Notes: generated from the sequence alone by a model not told the origin. Counted from the stretch's first letter, positions 49,201-62,511 are shown. The stretch is DNA of 64,000 nt from Phoronis australis (GCA_002633005.1 NMRA01000131.1:111798-175797); one strand, 5' to 3'. A program made the numbers and translations.

Positions 49201-52200
49201 ACAGGGTGGCTGACTGTCTCTTCTTTTGTGATAAGGTTCACCCTCACAGGGTGGCTGACTGTCTCTTGTTGTGTGATGTTCGTCACAGGGTGGCTGACTG
49301 TCTCTTCTTTTGTGATGAGGTTCACCCTCACAGGGTGGCTGGCTGTCTCTTGTTGTGTGATGAACTTCAGAGACTGGCTAGCTGTCTCTTGACATGCGCT
49401 AAGTGACTGAACACAGCCTCATTGCTGCCTGCTCATGCCAAAAGTAATGAGATGAAATGATCCAGTGTTCCTCGTCATGATGGATATATACTAAGTGAAA
49501 TTAACTGTCATGTGTACCCCATCCATTATGATCTGAATCGAAAGAGTGTGGAAATTACAACTAAAACCTTGTAAGCATTGTAGAAGGTGAACAATGAACA
49601 AAATTACACTTTTGTATGGTTATATCACAGCAGTGCTGTAGTAATGTTGAGTAACTACTCTCTGTCTTACTTGTCTTGGTGTTGGCGAATGAAACAACAC
49701 GTGTTTGTTTGGAGTAACATCAAATTAGCTGATTGGGTACTGATCAGCTGAAGTGTTTAATATATTTTCCTTAGTCTTTTAGCCCGGCATATTGTGAAGG
49801 CCTTCCATGGGACATTCAGGTGACTGGGTTATGGTGCTTGTTGTAGTTTCCTTCTAAGGTCTAGTGATCATTTTTGTATGAAAATCCTTTTGTTGCAGGT
49901 TGGGTTGAAATGAAAAACTTGGTCTGATTAAAGGTCAGTTCATTTGATAGTAATATATTCCTTTTCTAGTTAAAACCAAATCTGCACTCCAGGAAGTGGT
50001 CCCTGTTCCCAAAAATCGACGGGTGTTCAAAGAACATGAAGGAAAATACAAGATTACAATGCCCCAAGGAAGCACCCCGAAGACAAAAAATATCCTTCAA
50101 AAGAAAGGTAGATGTTTTTCTCACATTTAAGTCTGAGGTAAAAAAGTCTGTTTTTCAGTACAAATCATTGCTTAATATTTTTGAAAGGCTATGTCTTGTG
50201 ACCCTTGCCAACTTTGGCTTCATGATTATAGTGGGTGCTACGTACTACGTTATACTCATCAGTCAGCTGAGAGCATCTGCATGACAATGCATAGCAACTA
50301 TGCACTATGCGCGTCTGTCAGATGAGTTCTGCCTTTTTAGATCTTTCTTCAATGGTGTGGCCAAACGTTACGTGGTACGTGTTTCAACTAACTTGTCTGT
50401 TTTGCGTCATGCCATGACCAATTCCATATTGCCTGATGTGTGTTTGCAGGTCTTCTCAAGTCCAGTTCGGTGTTTGATCGGCTGGGTAAAGGAGAAACAA
50501 CCAATGTTGTCAAGAGTCCGACCATCACAGTCACAGGACTTGGCAAGGTCACACTTGGAACAAACAGTCAGGTAACATGTAGTTCAATTGTCAGACATTG
50601 CATTATATCTGAAGTATACTTTGCTTGCATGTGGTACTTGGTATCAAACTCCTTTGTGTGTCATAAATCAGTTGAAAATGTTTTTTAAATTTTGTTTAAT
50701 AAAGGGTGTTTATTATGAAATCTCAAAATCTGTTGCAGTTATCCCAATTATTTCATTTTCATTTTGTGCAACTTTTTATTTTTTTAGTAAAAATTATTAA
50801 TTTTAGTGATAGTTTTGATAGAACATTCAGAATTTAAACAATTCTTAGCAACGTTTTTGGAGAACGGGAAGCTTCATGTGACTCTGATCAGCCATTTCTA
50901 AAATATGATATTCTGAAGTTAGTAAAATTTGGACATTTTCTATGGTCCTTCAACAATATTTTCTGTGCTCAAGAATGAGGATTCTTCCTTTCTACCAGAA
51001 ATTGATTACTGCCCACATTTGGGCTTCTGTTTAATACAAAATGCTAACTGTTGTTCGCAGAAAGTGTCAAGACAGTTGTTTTAATGTGGCAAGTAAGTTG
51101 TTTTCTACGTTATCCACATTAATTTGCCATTGCCTCATTATGAGACAAGCATGTGATCTCATTTACTTTCACTGCCTTGTAACTAGCGTCACTAAAGACG
51201 CCCCAAATGTACTTGATAGTAGTATGAAATAGGGCTCTATATCATTCTGGCAGGCACAAAGAGGTGTGTGTGAATAATGTTTTGTGTCATTCTGGCAGGC
51301 GCAAAGAGGTGTGTTTAGTCGACTTGGTGGAAAGAAAGCTGTTAAGCGCCCTGCAACTTCAACATCTCATGATACTGATGAAGATGAAGATGATGATGAC
51401 GATGTTCCTGAGCCGTCTTCGCCTCTTGAATACCAAGGGGTTTTTAAAGGTGGACTCGGTTTTCCAGCCAAGAAAAAGATGAAGACAGGTACTGAGAGTC
51501 TACTGTGTTTTCCCTTCCTCAGGTTGTGTGTTAATTGTGTTTTAAAGTTTATTAGCAAGAAATCAAAGTGTGACACAAGAGTCCAAAATAGCTGTCACGC
51601 TAGCGTTGGGAGTGCTGCCGTAACCACTGCTGAGCTGGTAAGAGGATGCTGAAAGTCTCTAGTGGAAGTCTAGTAGCTCAATTTGAAATTGGAACTCTCC
51701 AAATTACTAAAATTTCTATTCTGTTTTACTAGACTTATTAGAAAATGTGTAGAGTGCATTGAATACTTGGTGGTAGTTACACAAACAATATACGTCAAAA
51801 GAAAACACGGGCAAAATGATCCGCTATTCCATGTAGTGTCCACGCATGACATTTGAGTGTAAGCGGAATTGACTGTTTTATAAATGTAACAACGAATGCT
51901 CACGAATTTTAGATGGTTCTGAATACTGCTGTGCCCCCAGAGGCAATTTAAGTTTTGATGTTTGCCTCTTTATCTTCAGACTCAATCTTTTTTCATGAAA
52001 TTTGACAAACATGTTTCTGTTATGAAGATGTCAGCACCTTCCTATTTTGGATTGGATTGGACATGGTGTTTTTTGTTTTCGGGGATTGTCAGCCTCTGTG
52101 AGTATGCCAAACCTCTCAGAGGACCATTAAGAAAATTGACAGACATGTTCCTACAATGACAAGAGCACAACTGACGTGGATTTTCCTTTCGCTTGTACTG

Positions 52201-53358
52201 AATTTTCATTGACAGTTTGGAAATTGTTCAGTTTGGAATTTTTTGTTCCGTTATCAATAGTGCTCCCTAATAGTCACCTGTTCGAAGACTTTATTTCAAT
52301 CCGTTTATTTTATCACTTTGCATAATTTATTGAAAATTGGCTTCAACCAGCAACACAGAGAAACATCTTGAGAGCATTTCTGGGAACGATATTCAACATT
52401 CCCTTGTGCAAGTTAGTGCTTGTACAGCTTTATTACCTGTGTAACTTGTATTATGTTGAGTATACACAAAAGCATTTTTTTGCTTTCTTGTTTTAAAGTT
52501 GCGAAACCTGAACCAACATCCACATCCACCCTCATCTCAGACAGGTTGGAGACTCTCAGTGTGAAGAAAAGATTGGGTGGAAAGACTGAGCCCGTTTCCA
52601 AGGCAACAGTCCCCACAAAAACTAAAAAGACTGGTAGGCATCATATTAGTCCAACCTGATGACGCATTTGGATTCCAACATTCCTGAGTAATATTTAGAC
52701 CACTGCTTAATTCTTCACTTAAATATGGCTGGCAATTGGAACTTTACTGTTTCAGATTTTTTAATAAAAGCAACTACTTAGAGAATTTAACATATAGCAT
52801 TTTTGTACATTGAGCTACCATAAACAACATAGCTTGAAATTTTGGTATTTTGTAACAAAGTAGTCAGCCTTTGGAAATAAGAAAAGGGAGTGAAGAATTA
52901 CTGTCTCATTTTTGTTTAAAAATTTCCTCTTTGGTAGATCTATTATTAATATGCGATCGTCAAACAGGCAGTTTAAATTTATAGTTTGACCAATTTATTA
53001 TCTGCAACTCCATTGGTTTAGTAGCTGCTGTATCCTAAGTGAATCCATTTCTCTACTGCAACCTGCTGTAATAGGCATGGCCCTTTTGTCTGACTCATGA
53101 AAAACTTTTTTATCACTGCAAAAATTAATGTGTTTTTGCGCCCCACTAGTTGTTTGATATGAATCTGCTGTGTAACAGCAACACAGAAATCAAATATACA
53201 TGGAAATTTGTAAATGTCTGTGTTCCTCTTTTGTAGGAATTCTTCAACGATTGGGTAAAAAGAAGACCTCCGAGCCAGTGTCATCAACTACCTCAGGTTC
53301 AAAGACCAAGAAAAATGTCTCACAAGGAGTGTTTAGTCGATTAGGAAAGCCTGTTTGA
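43202..53358 (+). CDS. C19orf47: C19orf47 homolog (N-terminal SAM-like domain, low-complexity tail with repeated RLG motifs), about 374 aa
   Basis: Exons 43202-43211, 47455-47666, 48312-48384, 48827-48949, 49970-50107, 50450-50571, 51299-51488, 52499-52633, 53237-53358; 1125 nt in frame. [11 protein letters not shown]...[27 protein letters not shown] and SVFDRLG match human C19orf47. The 10 nt first coding exon is less certain. Confidence 0.9.
43740..43962 (-). pseudogene. HIRAN-domain-like coding relic, probably transposon-borne
   Basis: Minus frame [12 protein letters not shown]...[39 protein letters not shown] fits the HIRAN pattern GxH..W..D.YAV.V....VGH(I/V)PR; TGA at 43924-43926 where W is expected. 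Confidence 0.65.
46455..46870 (-). repeat. Two copies of an about 110 bp repeat with tRNA-like character
   Basis: GAGACTTG...CGTGAGAGTC.AGC.TCCAAACTGTT...GAGGCA...GCTTGGAG.GGCTT at about 46461 and 46761. Confidence 0.45.
49075..49390. repeat. Minisatellite, about 38-45 bp x 8
   Basis: Repeated TTCACAGGGTGGCTGGCTGTCTCTTGTTGTCTGATG; explains the repetitive ORFs at 49059-49406. Confidence 0.85.
51900..52410 (+). mobile_element. Truncated copy of the HINE-like repeat family
   Basis: TACTGCTGTGCCCCCAGAGGCAATTT, TTTTCATGAAATTTGACAAA and GTGCTCCCTAATAGTC motifs shared with the copies above. Confidence 0.5.
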
Positions 53359-55043
53359 GAATAAATGGGACTGATAGAAGTCTGGTCTGCATTACGACAG
53401 ATAGATGTTGTTTAATTTCATCCACTCATTGGGTGTGTTAAATCAACATAGTGTTGAAAGCAAATCTAAGGTCATCACACAAACTGTTTTTTTAAAAACT
53501 ACATTAACCTTAGTTCAAGAACCTTTGTGATTTATGTACTTATTAGGGAACTTTTTTTCACCTGAGCAGAAATTTGGTAGTTTCCGTCCACAACACATGG
53601 CCTGTGCTGCACACCTGACGATCCTTTTAATAGTCAGGTGAAAATAATTACTACTTTCTTGTACTATGTGTTGCTTTTTATTGAGATTTGTTTTAAATGA
53701 AAGCTTTGTTCGGTTGTTTTTCTGCTGCAGTACAAGGCTGTGTGTTGTTAGTGCAGACACGGATTCTCATGATTTTAATTACTTTAATTTTATTGCGCTT
53801 GTGGTTATAAAGAATTACAGTAATGAATAACAGTATAGCATTTTACTGTAATGTTAATTATTGTGGAATACAGCATGTAAATGTTTAAAATTATGAAACA
53901 ACGCAATTTCATAAGGTTAGAAAAATGAGTATACTATGATGGTACAAACTTTCAGTTTGTCTTTACTATTCAAGCATTGGCGTGTTTTTAAAATTAAGTA
54001 GAAGACAAAACTCCATTAGTCTTTATTAGTTCTAATTAGCATCCATTACAACAAATGTCAATAATGTTTTGTATACTTGTGATGGGTGTTCTGAGGTGGG
54101 AGTTCGTCTTTTGAATTTTTCTGTAATATAAAGATCTGTGAAGAGTCAAGTTCATCAAGTTTCGTTTGAGATCTTTACATTTACTTGGGATGGAACAATG
54201 CACACTTTTAGGAATTTGATTCAATCCTTTTCAATTTTTCTCATATTAATAATAGTTAACTTGCCACTCGTACCAATTTTGGCAACTTCATCATGAAAAA
54301 ATAATTCGACAGTGTCACACTTGCACTTTTTAACGTTAAAAGTTTTAACGTTTAAAGTATTTTTACAGGAAAGTGAAGTGCGTCAACATTTCCTAGTGAC
54401 TACCTGTGCTTGTTGTCCCTTGCTGTGGAAACTTGTTAAATATGATAACAACTAATGAATGATCTTGAGATGTTTATTTGTTCAGTATTATAACACACTT
54501 CAAAAGATACAAGTCGTAACTTTGTAAGAGTGCTAACAGCAAAAATGGGAACTAAGAATTGAATTCAAATGGACCCATGGCACATCAGTTTCGAAATCGG
54601 TCTGTCCTGCATTGTGATTTGGTTGCAATCTGTTTAATCACAAAAGCCCCATTTGCTATATGGACAGCATATTGTGTGTGTTGGATTTAACAATATAGTT
54701 TTACATTTGCCAGTGTTCTACAAACTTCATCACTCTGCCATTAATAAATAACATCTGTATGTGAATAATGCTAAGTAAAAGTTGGAAATTAAAGGCAATT
54801 TCTCCGTCTTGAAATCAGTATGCAACTTTTTGTAGACAATCTGGATTTTTACATTACATTCAGTGACATTACAAGTTGTGGGAACAGGCACAAATATGAC
54901 TTTAATCCAGCCACTGCTCAACGAAATCTCAAAAGTTATAACTTACATTACATTTTGTTTATTTGCATCATTGTAATGTGTTGTTTACGCGGAAAGAGAT
55001 TAAAAGGTTCAGTGACAAATTTTGTCAGTTCTTTTTATTGCAC

Positions 55044-55392
55044 CAAAATTTTGAGGATACAGTGGCCAGAAAGGATAAGAAATGAAGAATTGTGGGAAAG
55101 AACAGGACAGACTCCAGTGGAAGAGGAGATCGGCCAAAGGAAATGGCGCTGGATTGGACATACACTAAGAAGACCAACAAGTAACACTTCCAGACACGCA
55201 TTAAAGTGGAACCCACAGGGTAAACGAAATAGAGGCAGACCACGAATGACCTGGAGAAGATGCATCACCGATGACATGGAGAGGTTTGGATATTCATGTA
55301 GACAGCTAGAAGGAATCGCCCAGGACAGAACAAAATGGAAGTCTCTGATTCGTGGCCTATACCCTGGTAGGGGTGACGGGCATTGATGATGA
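55044..55392 (+). mobile_element. 5'-truncated RTE-clade LINE 3' end
   Basis: KILRIQWPERIRNEELWERT...RKWRWIGHTLRR...ALKWNPQGKRNRGRPRMTWRR...AQDRTKWK is the typical C-terminus of RTE-type ORF2; the stop runs into a (TGA)n tail. Confidence 0.85.
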
Positions 55393-58300
55393 TATTCACC
55401 CATACATTGAGATATAAAGGCATTCTATAAAAAGAATTTGGATGCGTATGTGATAAAAACTGACTAAATAAATGCTACAAGTATTGTCAGAGCTTACTTC
55501 AATGGCCTTGTTACTAGAACTTGTATTTGAGAACCAAAATAAGAAACATATTATTGAAATATTGTGGCTGGCGATTGTTCAAAATTATATTTTAATTAAA
55601 AGTGTGCAGTGAAAATTTACATGCTGGACAGATGAACATTCGGTATACTATTTTTTTCTTAAAATGCCAGACATGAATTGCGAGTTGGGATACTTGATTC
55701 AGAAATGATTGACCAAATTCAAAATATGAAAGTTTCAGATACTATGATTCATGCACTGTACTCCAAAGTGCTGTTAGGAAATGCATTTAATTAGGTGTTA
55801 TAAACAGCTGTGACAAAAACAAAAATAAGCTGTTTTAGGAAAATGCGACATTACAGTCAATTTTGAAATTTTATTTTCAATAGTTAGCCAATAAAAAAGA
55901 AATTGGAAAGTTCTCGAAGTACTTTTTTTGCTATGAATGCACCTTGAATTTACTTCTTGTTCAATTTTACAGTCGTGCACTCAAACAATGGCAGTTTGTG
56001 ATGAAACCCAATTCTGCATACTTTGCACTTTTAGAAAATATAATTATACTTTTATTGAGTTAATTAAACAAAACTGTACATATGAGGATAAATGCACAGA
56101 TTTCTGGGAACGGTTACTGGTCACATTCTTCATTTACATTTCATCCATGTAAAAGGTTTGTTTTCACCTCAAGAATAATGGACATATTTTGCAACTTAAA
56201 TGTTAACTGACCAAATGCAAATACACGCAGTTAACTATCCACTACCGAAGACCAGTTTCCATAACTGACTTGGCCAAAACCAGGCACCTTGGTAAAATAC
56301 TCGAGATGAAACCAGGCAAATTCAACTTCAGAATAGCATGGACAGAATAATAACAATATTGCACATTCAAAACAAATTTACAGCCACGTATCAGGGTGGT
56401 CCAACAGCAACAATTTTATATATCATCCTAAAGTTGTGTTACAACACTTTCCCACACTGTTTACGTGCTGTAGATAGCAGGCCTGGGAGAATCTTTTGAC
56501 ATCAGTATGGATCATGTTGGACAATATACCAATATGAGGTCTACTTTTCCACAAAATCAATTCTTATGCACAAAAAAACAATAGAGGCGAGATTTGTCAG
56601 GAACAGGTCACCCAACAGAAGGGCAATTGAATGACTGTATAGTGGCCAAATTTCACTAGCAAACCAAGCACCAAGAGGTCACGTCAATCAACTTCTTTCA
56701 GCCAGAAGTTCCCTCTATGGGGATTGTTGTCACAAGTCCTTTCCTTTTCAATGCAGCTAATTTCAAGACCAAACGTCATTCTGCTTCAACACAAGCTGCC
56801 TCTGCAAAATTCTTATTTTGTAATAAAGCAACTAAAGGACCATTTTCCAGTATCCTTATAAATGGTCCAAAAGCTCCCCTCCACTGCCTTTATACCAGAA
56901 ACACCGTTTAATGGATATGTAGACCTGTGCTGCTTGGTAGACAGTTCAATTTAATTGGTGTCAAAATAATCCCCCAGGCCTATTACCCACAGTGCCTGAA
57001 AATATTAGCCTAAGGATGAATTATAAAATGGTGTTTTTGTAATCACCTTGTACATGGAAGACATGACTCTAAACCCTGAGTTACACATTTCTAACCTAAT
57101 CCACACTTAGTACAGAGCGTACACTAAATACATTAATTGCATCGTCTGCACAAATCAGTTACATCTTCTCGTTTGAAGTAATTGCCAACATTTGCAAAAA
57201 GCTCTTCTACTTTAAAATTACTCGCTAACTCTTATGTAGTAATATACATTTCTGAATCCTCTATGACTGAAAAATCTGAATCTATGCTTTTAAAACATCA
57301 TACAGATTTTAATAACCACACAAAAAATTCTGGAAATATGCTATACGTGTTTTGAAAAGGCAGTCACACATTTCTGAAAAACCTCAAGTTCAGTCAACTT
57401 TACGTTTGAATTCTTGAGACTTATACATGCAGTAAGGAGTTGCCTCAAACAAAACAGAAATCAGCCAATAAGGTCGCCACGGCCATATACCACAAAACGA
57501 AGGTACAAAATTTTATAAGAATTGACCCATATGCTGAATGGAACCCTAAATTCAAAACCAACCAAAAGCATTGAAAATCAGAAGGGTTGCAAGTGACCAA
57601 TCAAGATTTGCCACACAGTTGAAGTCCTCTCAAACCATGTGAATATTTGATATATCAACCATTCATTTAACAAAAATCCTTTGAAATTATGATAGAAAAA
57701 TGTGCCTGAATATTGCATTTCTGGAAAATATCAAGAAACGTCAACAATTACTTTGAGGAAATAATAAAACATTTAACAAAATGAATGAAAACAGTTGGAC
57801 TATTGAAAAATGCACATTAAATCACTCAGCCCACTTTCACAATTACCAGCACAATAAATTGCAAATTTAGCATGATATCACCAATTCCATATATAATTTG
57901 AAATGCGTGACGAGTAGTATACAGATCCTAAGCTCCAAAATTGGACTTTGTAGATCTCATACATTCTTCAACTAAAACAAAATACTCGCCCAATAATCAA
58001 ATACTCTAAATACACTAAATACTTTTAAGTTACTCAATACAATTTTAATTAGACAGAGTTTACATTTTAACTAAAACAGCTCTATAGTCATTCACAAGTT
58101 AGAAACGTAAATGTTGAAACTTGTGCTTTCAACAACAATAAAGGAAAAGGGCATTTTAAGTGTTATTTTCTGTGAAAACAGAACACCATATCATAATTTT
58201 TACGTTATTTATCCTATATTTACTTTCTTTTTCCATTAATTTGCTGACTCAAACACCAGTTCCGTGTACATGCATGCAACAATAGTGAAATGACCTAATT

Positions 58301-58843
58301 TGTAGAAGACCCGTCTTATTCCAGTGTTCTATTATGACGCAACTGTTAGCTCTTAGTCAATGAAAGGAATCCAGAAATGAGGTGCTCGAATATGACAGAT
58401 ACACCTATGGCACTTCACTGTTGCGTAAACAAGAGCCAGGGGAAGTAACATTGAGATAGGTTTCTGAGATACGGTATCACCGATTTGTATTTTTAAAAAC
58501 CCCAAAAATGTTGAGTTTTCCTTTAGATTTGTGCATCTATACTTAAACCAGCCAAAAGGAAGTAAAATAATTTACCACATACTGGGAATTATTCAGACTT
58601 AACCCAATGAGCATAAAACACTTGAACATGCCAATCACTTGCTTAAAAATTCTTTCACCCTAAACTGTCTAATAGGTAATACACACCATGTCTTTAAAAT
58701 TAACCATTGCCAACATTCAACTAAATAGCTCTCTAGGCGAAAATTCCAAAATGATCTCCTTAGACTAAAAAAACATAGAAAACATATACAATAGATTTCT
58801 TTTGGAAGAACACATAGTTCACAGAGTAAAATCCTGTGTCTCA

Positions 58844-61800
58844 CTACACACGGCTTTGGTTCTTTTTAACTAGGAATGCACTAATTAAACCAATTAAGAG
58901 TGCACCCAATACAGTAGGGAGTATCAAATTTCTCCCAAAATGTCCGCTGTAATCTCCAGCATCACTGATGATCTTTTCTGAGGAGTCCTTCAAGTTACAA
59001 CGATTATGCAAATCAGGGTCTTTCGGTAAAACTGTGATGGTGACACATTCTCCACATGCTTTAAATCGCTTGACAGCTTCCTCGTGAGTGAGATTCACTA
59101 GTGACTCGCCATTTACCTACACAAGTCAAAGTGGGAGTGGTTACCATACATCAGCTTCAAACAAGTGATAGTGTCAACATGTTATCATCATAAGAAAAGA
59201 AGAAGCAAATAATATTAGCATAGACAAGTGCACATTTGGAATTATTATAATAAACTTTCACTTTAAAATGATAGAAATGACTACAACTCTTCCTTGTCTC
59301 TAGGCAATATTTCTGCAGTTGGTTGTTTTGCCATGTTTTTGTAATGTGAAAAAGCAATTTAAAAAATTGACCTCTGTTTTTACAATGACAGTCAGCCCTT
59401 ACCCTGTCTTCCCAAAAGCATAGGGTTTGTACGCTTGTGAAAATGGCGCAATAATTGTGAATGTTCCTTTACTAGACATTAACTGGAGTGTAAAGGGTGC
59501 AAAAGTTTCAAAATGCACTTATTTTTTAAATTTTATATTCTCATTTTGTTGCACCAATAAAGGACTTTCATAGAAAGTCGAGAACATAATTCTCGAGTCT
59601 GAGCACGTCTTGAAGGAACTTCAGTAAAGTTTGGTGGTCGCCATTTCTCGAGTTTTACAGTAGTGAGTACAAGTTGGAGGAAAAGACAGTCTCAAAGTAA
59701 GTTATGAGTCTGAGTAAACTGGGCCCAGCGCGGCCTTCAGAGGACAGCTGACGTATGGTTGACTTTGCTGTGAGGTTGGGACCCTTTGCTACCCCCTCCC
59801 AAACATTCATGGACCCCTTGATACCCTCAAAACATCCACAAGCCTCTTCATCATCCTACCTGTATAATTTTGTCCCCTGGCCTCAATCTCCCATCAATTG
59901 CTGCGGCTCCATGAGGATCAACCACTGTGACAAATATATCAGAATCATCATTATACAGAGGTTTGTCTGTCCCACCACGGATAGTGAAGCCAAAACCTAA
60001 AAATAAAGCACAAAGGACGTCAGTGAATGAATTGATTATGTCAGTTATCACGTTATTAGTTATTTAGCCTACTAGTAGATGATCAATTAACTTACTTATT
60101 GACCTCTCAATCACGCAGTCCTTAAAAACAAAGTGTATGAAACTGGACACTTTCACTTTTGCGACTCCTTGCTAGTCCACTCAGATGCCAGACCAGAGGA
60201 CAGTACTTCTATGTGAAGTGGGACTTGACAAAAGCATAATTCAGTTTTGAACATAAGTCAAACAGATATTAGGATAGACTAGATTAAATGTGTTTTTTTT
60301 GCACTAGGATTCAGCATGGTTATAAAATTTCAGTTCACAGTCAAACAGGATTCCCAAAAGTTTGACAACAGTTTCAAAATTTATATTGTTTCCAAATGAT
60401 TTAATGACGAATTCGAGTAACTAAGTACGTGCAACGAAAACTTTTTAGCACAGTTATGTTTATTCTAATAATTTAAAAATTCAAAATGTGTTGATTTTGT
60501 AAAAAAAATTATCCTCTTAACCAAAATACTCATCACACCTCAAATGGTGTCTTGGCAATCACAGGCACTAGTCAGATATAGCAGTCCCTGATTTAGAGAA
60601 CCAGTTTCATCCACTAAGTAACGGGCATGTTATTCAGTGATTGTCTGGTTCTCTAAATCACAGACCGCTATATCCGACATGTGCCATGATCACGTAAAGT
60701 TCTTAACTTTTGTTTATAAGCAGGTAGGACATTAGGCAATGAACATCGCCTCTGTTGGCCCGAACCAGAGGCGATGTAGAGGCTATAGGCGCTTTGTACG
60801 CCGGCAGCTTTTCGGCGAATTATGCCTCGCACCGACAAAACCACCAAAGTCACATTGTTATAAATACCTTTTGCGCATAGAGGAACACCTTAGGAGGTTG
60901 TCGATGTGTTTAAGTTCTTCCAACTCGAACAAATACTCCCGTTATGAAACTTTTTCTTCGAGCAGTCCCTATTTCAGTTCCCAAAATCGTGAAATCAAAA
61001 TTTTCATTTTTTAACCAGGCCGAAGGTCAGAAGTTGCGATCCTACCGGCGAACTTTGAAAGCTGAAGTTCCCGCCCTTTGCGTACGTGTTGCCGGGAACC
61101 AGCCGTGCATTTGCCGTGTTGTTAAACATTAAAATGTCAAATATGTGCACAAAGACTTTTAAATGTCATATCAACAACATTTATTTTTATCAAATACAAA
61201 CAATAATTCATTGAAATACAAACAGTTTCAAGTAACGCCAATTAAAGACAAGTATAAGTGGTGGCATTTTGGAAACGAACATTTGACTGACAAGACCGCA
61301 ATGGCTCACCTTTGGCCTATTTAAAAATTATTGAGGTTATGAAGTCACATCACCTAGCGAGCGCGGTAAAAGTTAGAGCGTGCGCAGTACAAAAATTTTG
61401 ATTTCACGATTTTGGGAACTGAAATAGGGACTGCTCGAAGAAAAAGTTTCATAACGGGAGTATTTGTTCGAGTTGGAAGAACTTAAACACATCGACAACC
61501 TCCTAAGGTGTTCCTCTATGCGCAAAAGGTATTTATAACAACGTGACTTTGATGGTTTAGTCGGTGCAAGGCATAATTGGCCGAAAAGCTTCCGGCGTAC
61601 AGAGCGCCTATAGCCTCTACATCGCCTCTGGTTCGGGCCAACAGAGGCGATGGTCATTGCCTAGTAAGACATAAAAGTTGATGACCAAGCACTGTACTTA
61701 ATTACTGGCTACAATAAATTTTTCAGTTATTCGAATTAAGTGGAAACATAATGAGCAACAGACGGAATTCTGTTTTTGGCATCAATGCGCATGCCTAGCC

Positions 61801-62163
61801 CTAGGCTATGTCAGAAGTATATCCATCACAACTTGCACACGGCTTTATGCAGTGTACCTATTTGGGCTTAAGGCACTGGATCGGGGTTTCCCAGATTTCA
61901 ACCAATGGGAAAGACTGAATGTTATGACGTCGGTTACATTACTTGAACCAATGAGAAGCTATGTTAATGAAACAACATTCGACACTGCTACTGCTACCGG
62001 CGTGGTACGTAGTCGTAGTCGTAGGTAGGCACTGTGAAAGAGAGTAATAGCCACAGTGTCTCTGGGGCTGAGAGATTAACCAAGATACAATACCGCTGTT
62101 TTTGAGACGAGTGAGATTGATTTCAATACGCTGACAGACCGACTCATTCCCAGCTGCAGACAT
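58844..62163 (-). CDS. SYNJ2BP: Synaptojanin-2-binding protein / OMP25, tail-anchored single-PDZ protein, about 159 aa
   Basis: Exons 62094-62163, 59860-59996, 58844-59116 (480 nt). PDZ domain EINLTR..GFGFTIRGGTD..IFVT..GAAAIDGRLRPGDKIIQVNG..LTHEEAV, then a C-terminal hydrophobic helix (LILPTVLGALLIGLISAFLV) and a basic tail. Confidence 0.9.
60566..60666. repeat. About 100 bp hairpin-type repeat; second copy in opposite orientation at about 63508-63610
   Basis: TGATTTAGAGAACCAG ... CTGGTTCTCTAAATCA inverted pair; 63508-63610 approximates its reverse complement. Confidence 0.55.
60735..61661. mobile_element. Foldback/MITE element with about 270 bp near-identical inverted arms in SYNJ2BP intron 1
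   Basis: Arms 60735-61004 and 61392-61661; ends GGCAATG...CATTGCC flanked by TA on both sides; the ORF track shows near-identical peptides on opposite strands (60739+ and 61657-). Confidence 0.85.
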
Positions 62164-62511
62164 ATTCAACACAGTTTTTGAGAGCTCCCTGTAGCCGGCT
62201 TTTCGACAACGACTTGCTTGTCGCAGCCAGGCGGAAGTCAGCTTTAAAAGCGGCAAACTAGCGCCACAGCGAAAATTGTTTTAACTCAATTAACATACGA
62301 GTTATCAAACCAAAACATTTCAAACTTTGAAAATTGTAGTTTTTTGCCACATACAGTCTTTTTAGGGAAACTAATTATACATAAACTTATAAAATATATA
62401 AATAAATGAATATATATAACGTGGCTATAGATAGAGCAATGCGCCCTCTAGTGTTAAAAAGTCAACAAATTGCAAATTGAGCAATCGACTCCTGTCAACA
62501 ACCCGAGAAAA
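62164..62511. promoter_or_regulatory. SYNJ2BP promoter region, possibly bidirectional
   Basis: ETS-like GGCGGAAGT near 62230 and CTCF-like GCGCCCTCTAGTG at 62441-62453. Confidence 0.45.

Noticed and set aside
49059-49406. Repetitive peptides in three frames
   Set aside because: Translations of a minisatellite.
60739-61657. Two near-identical 91-94 aa ORFs on opposite strands
   Set aside because: Products of the inverted arms of the foldback element, with no protein family signal.
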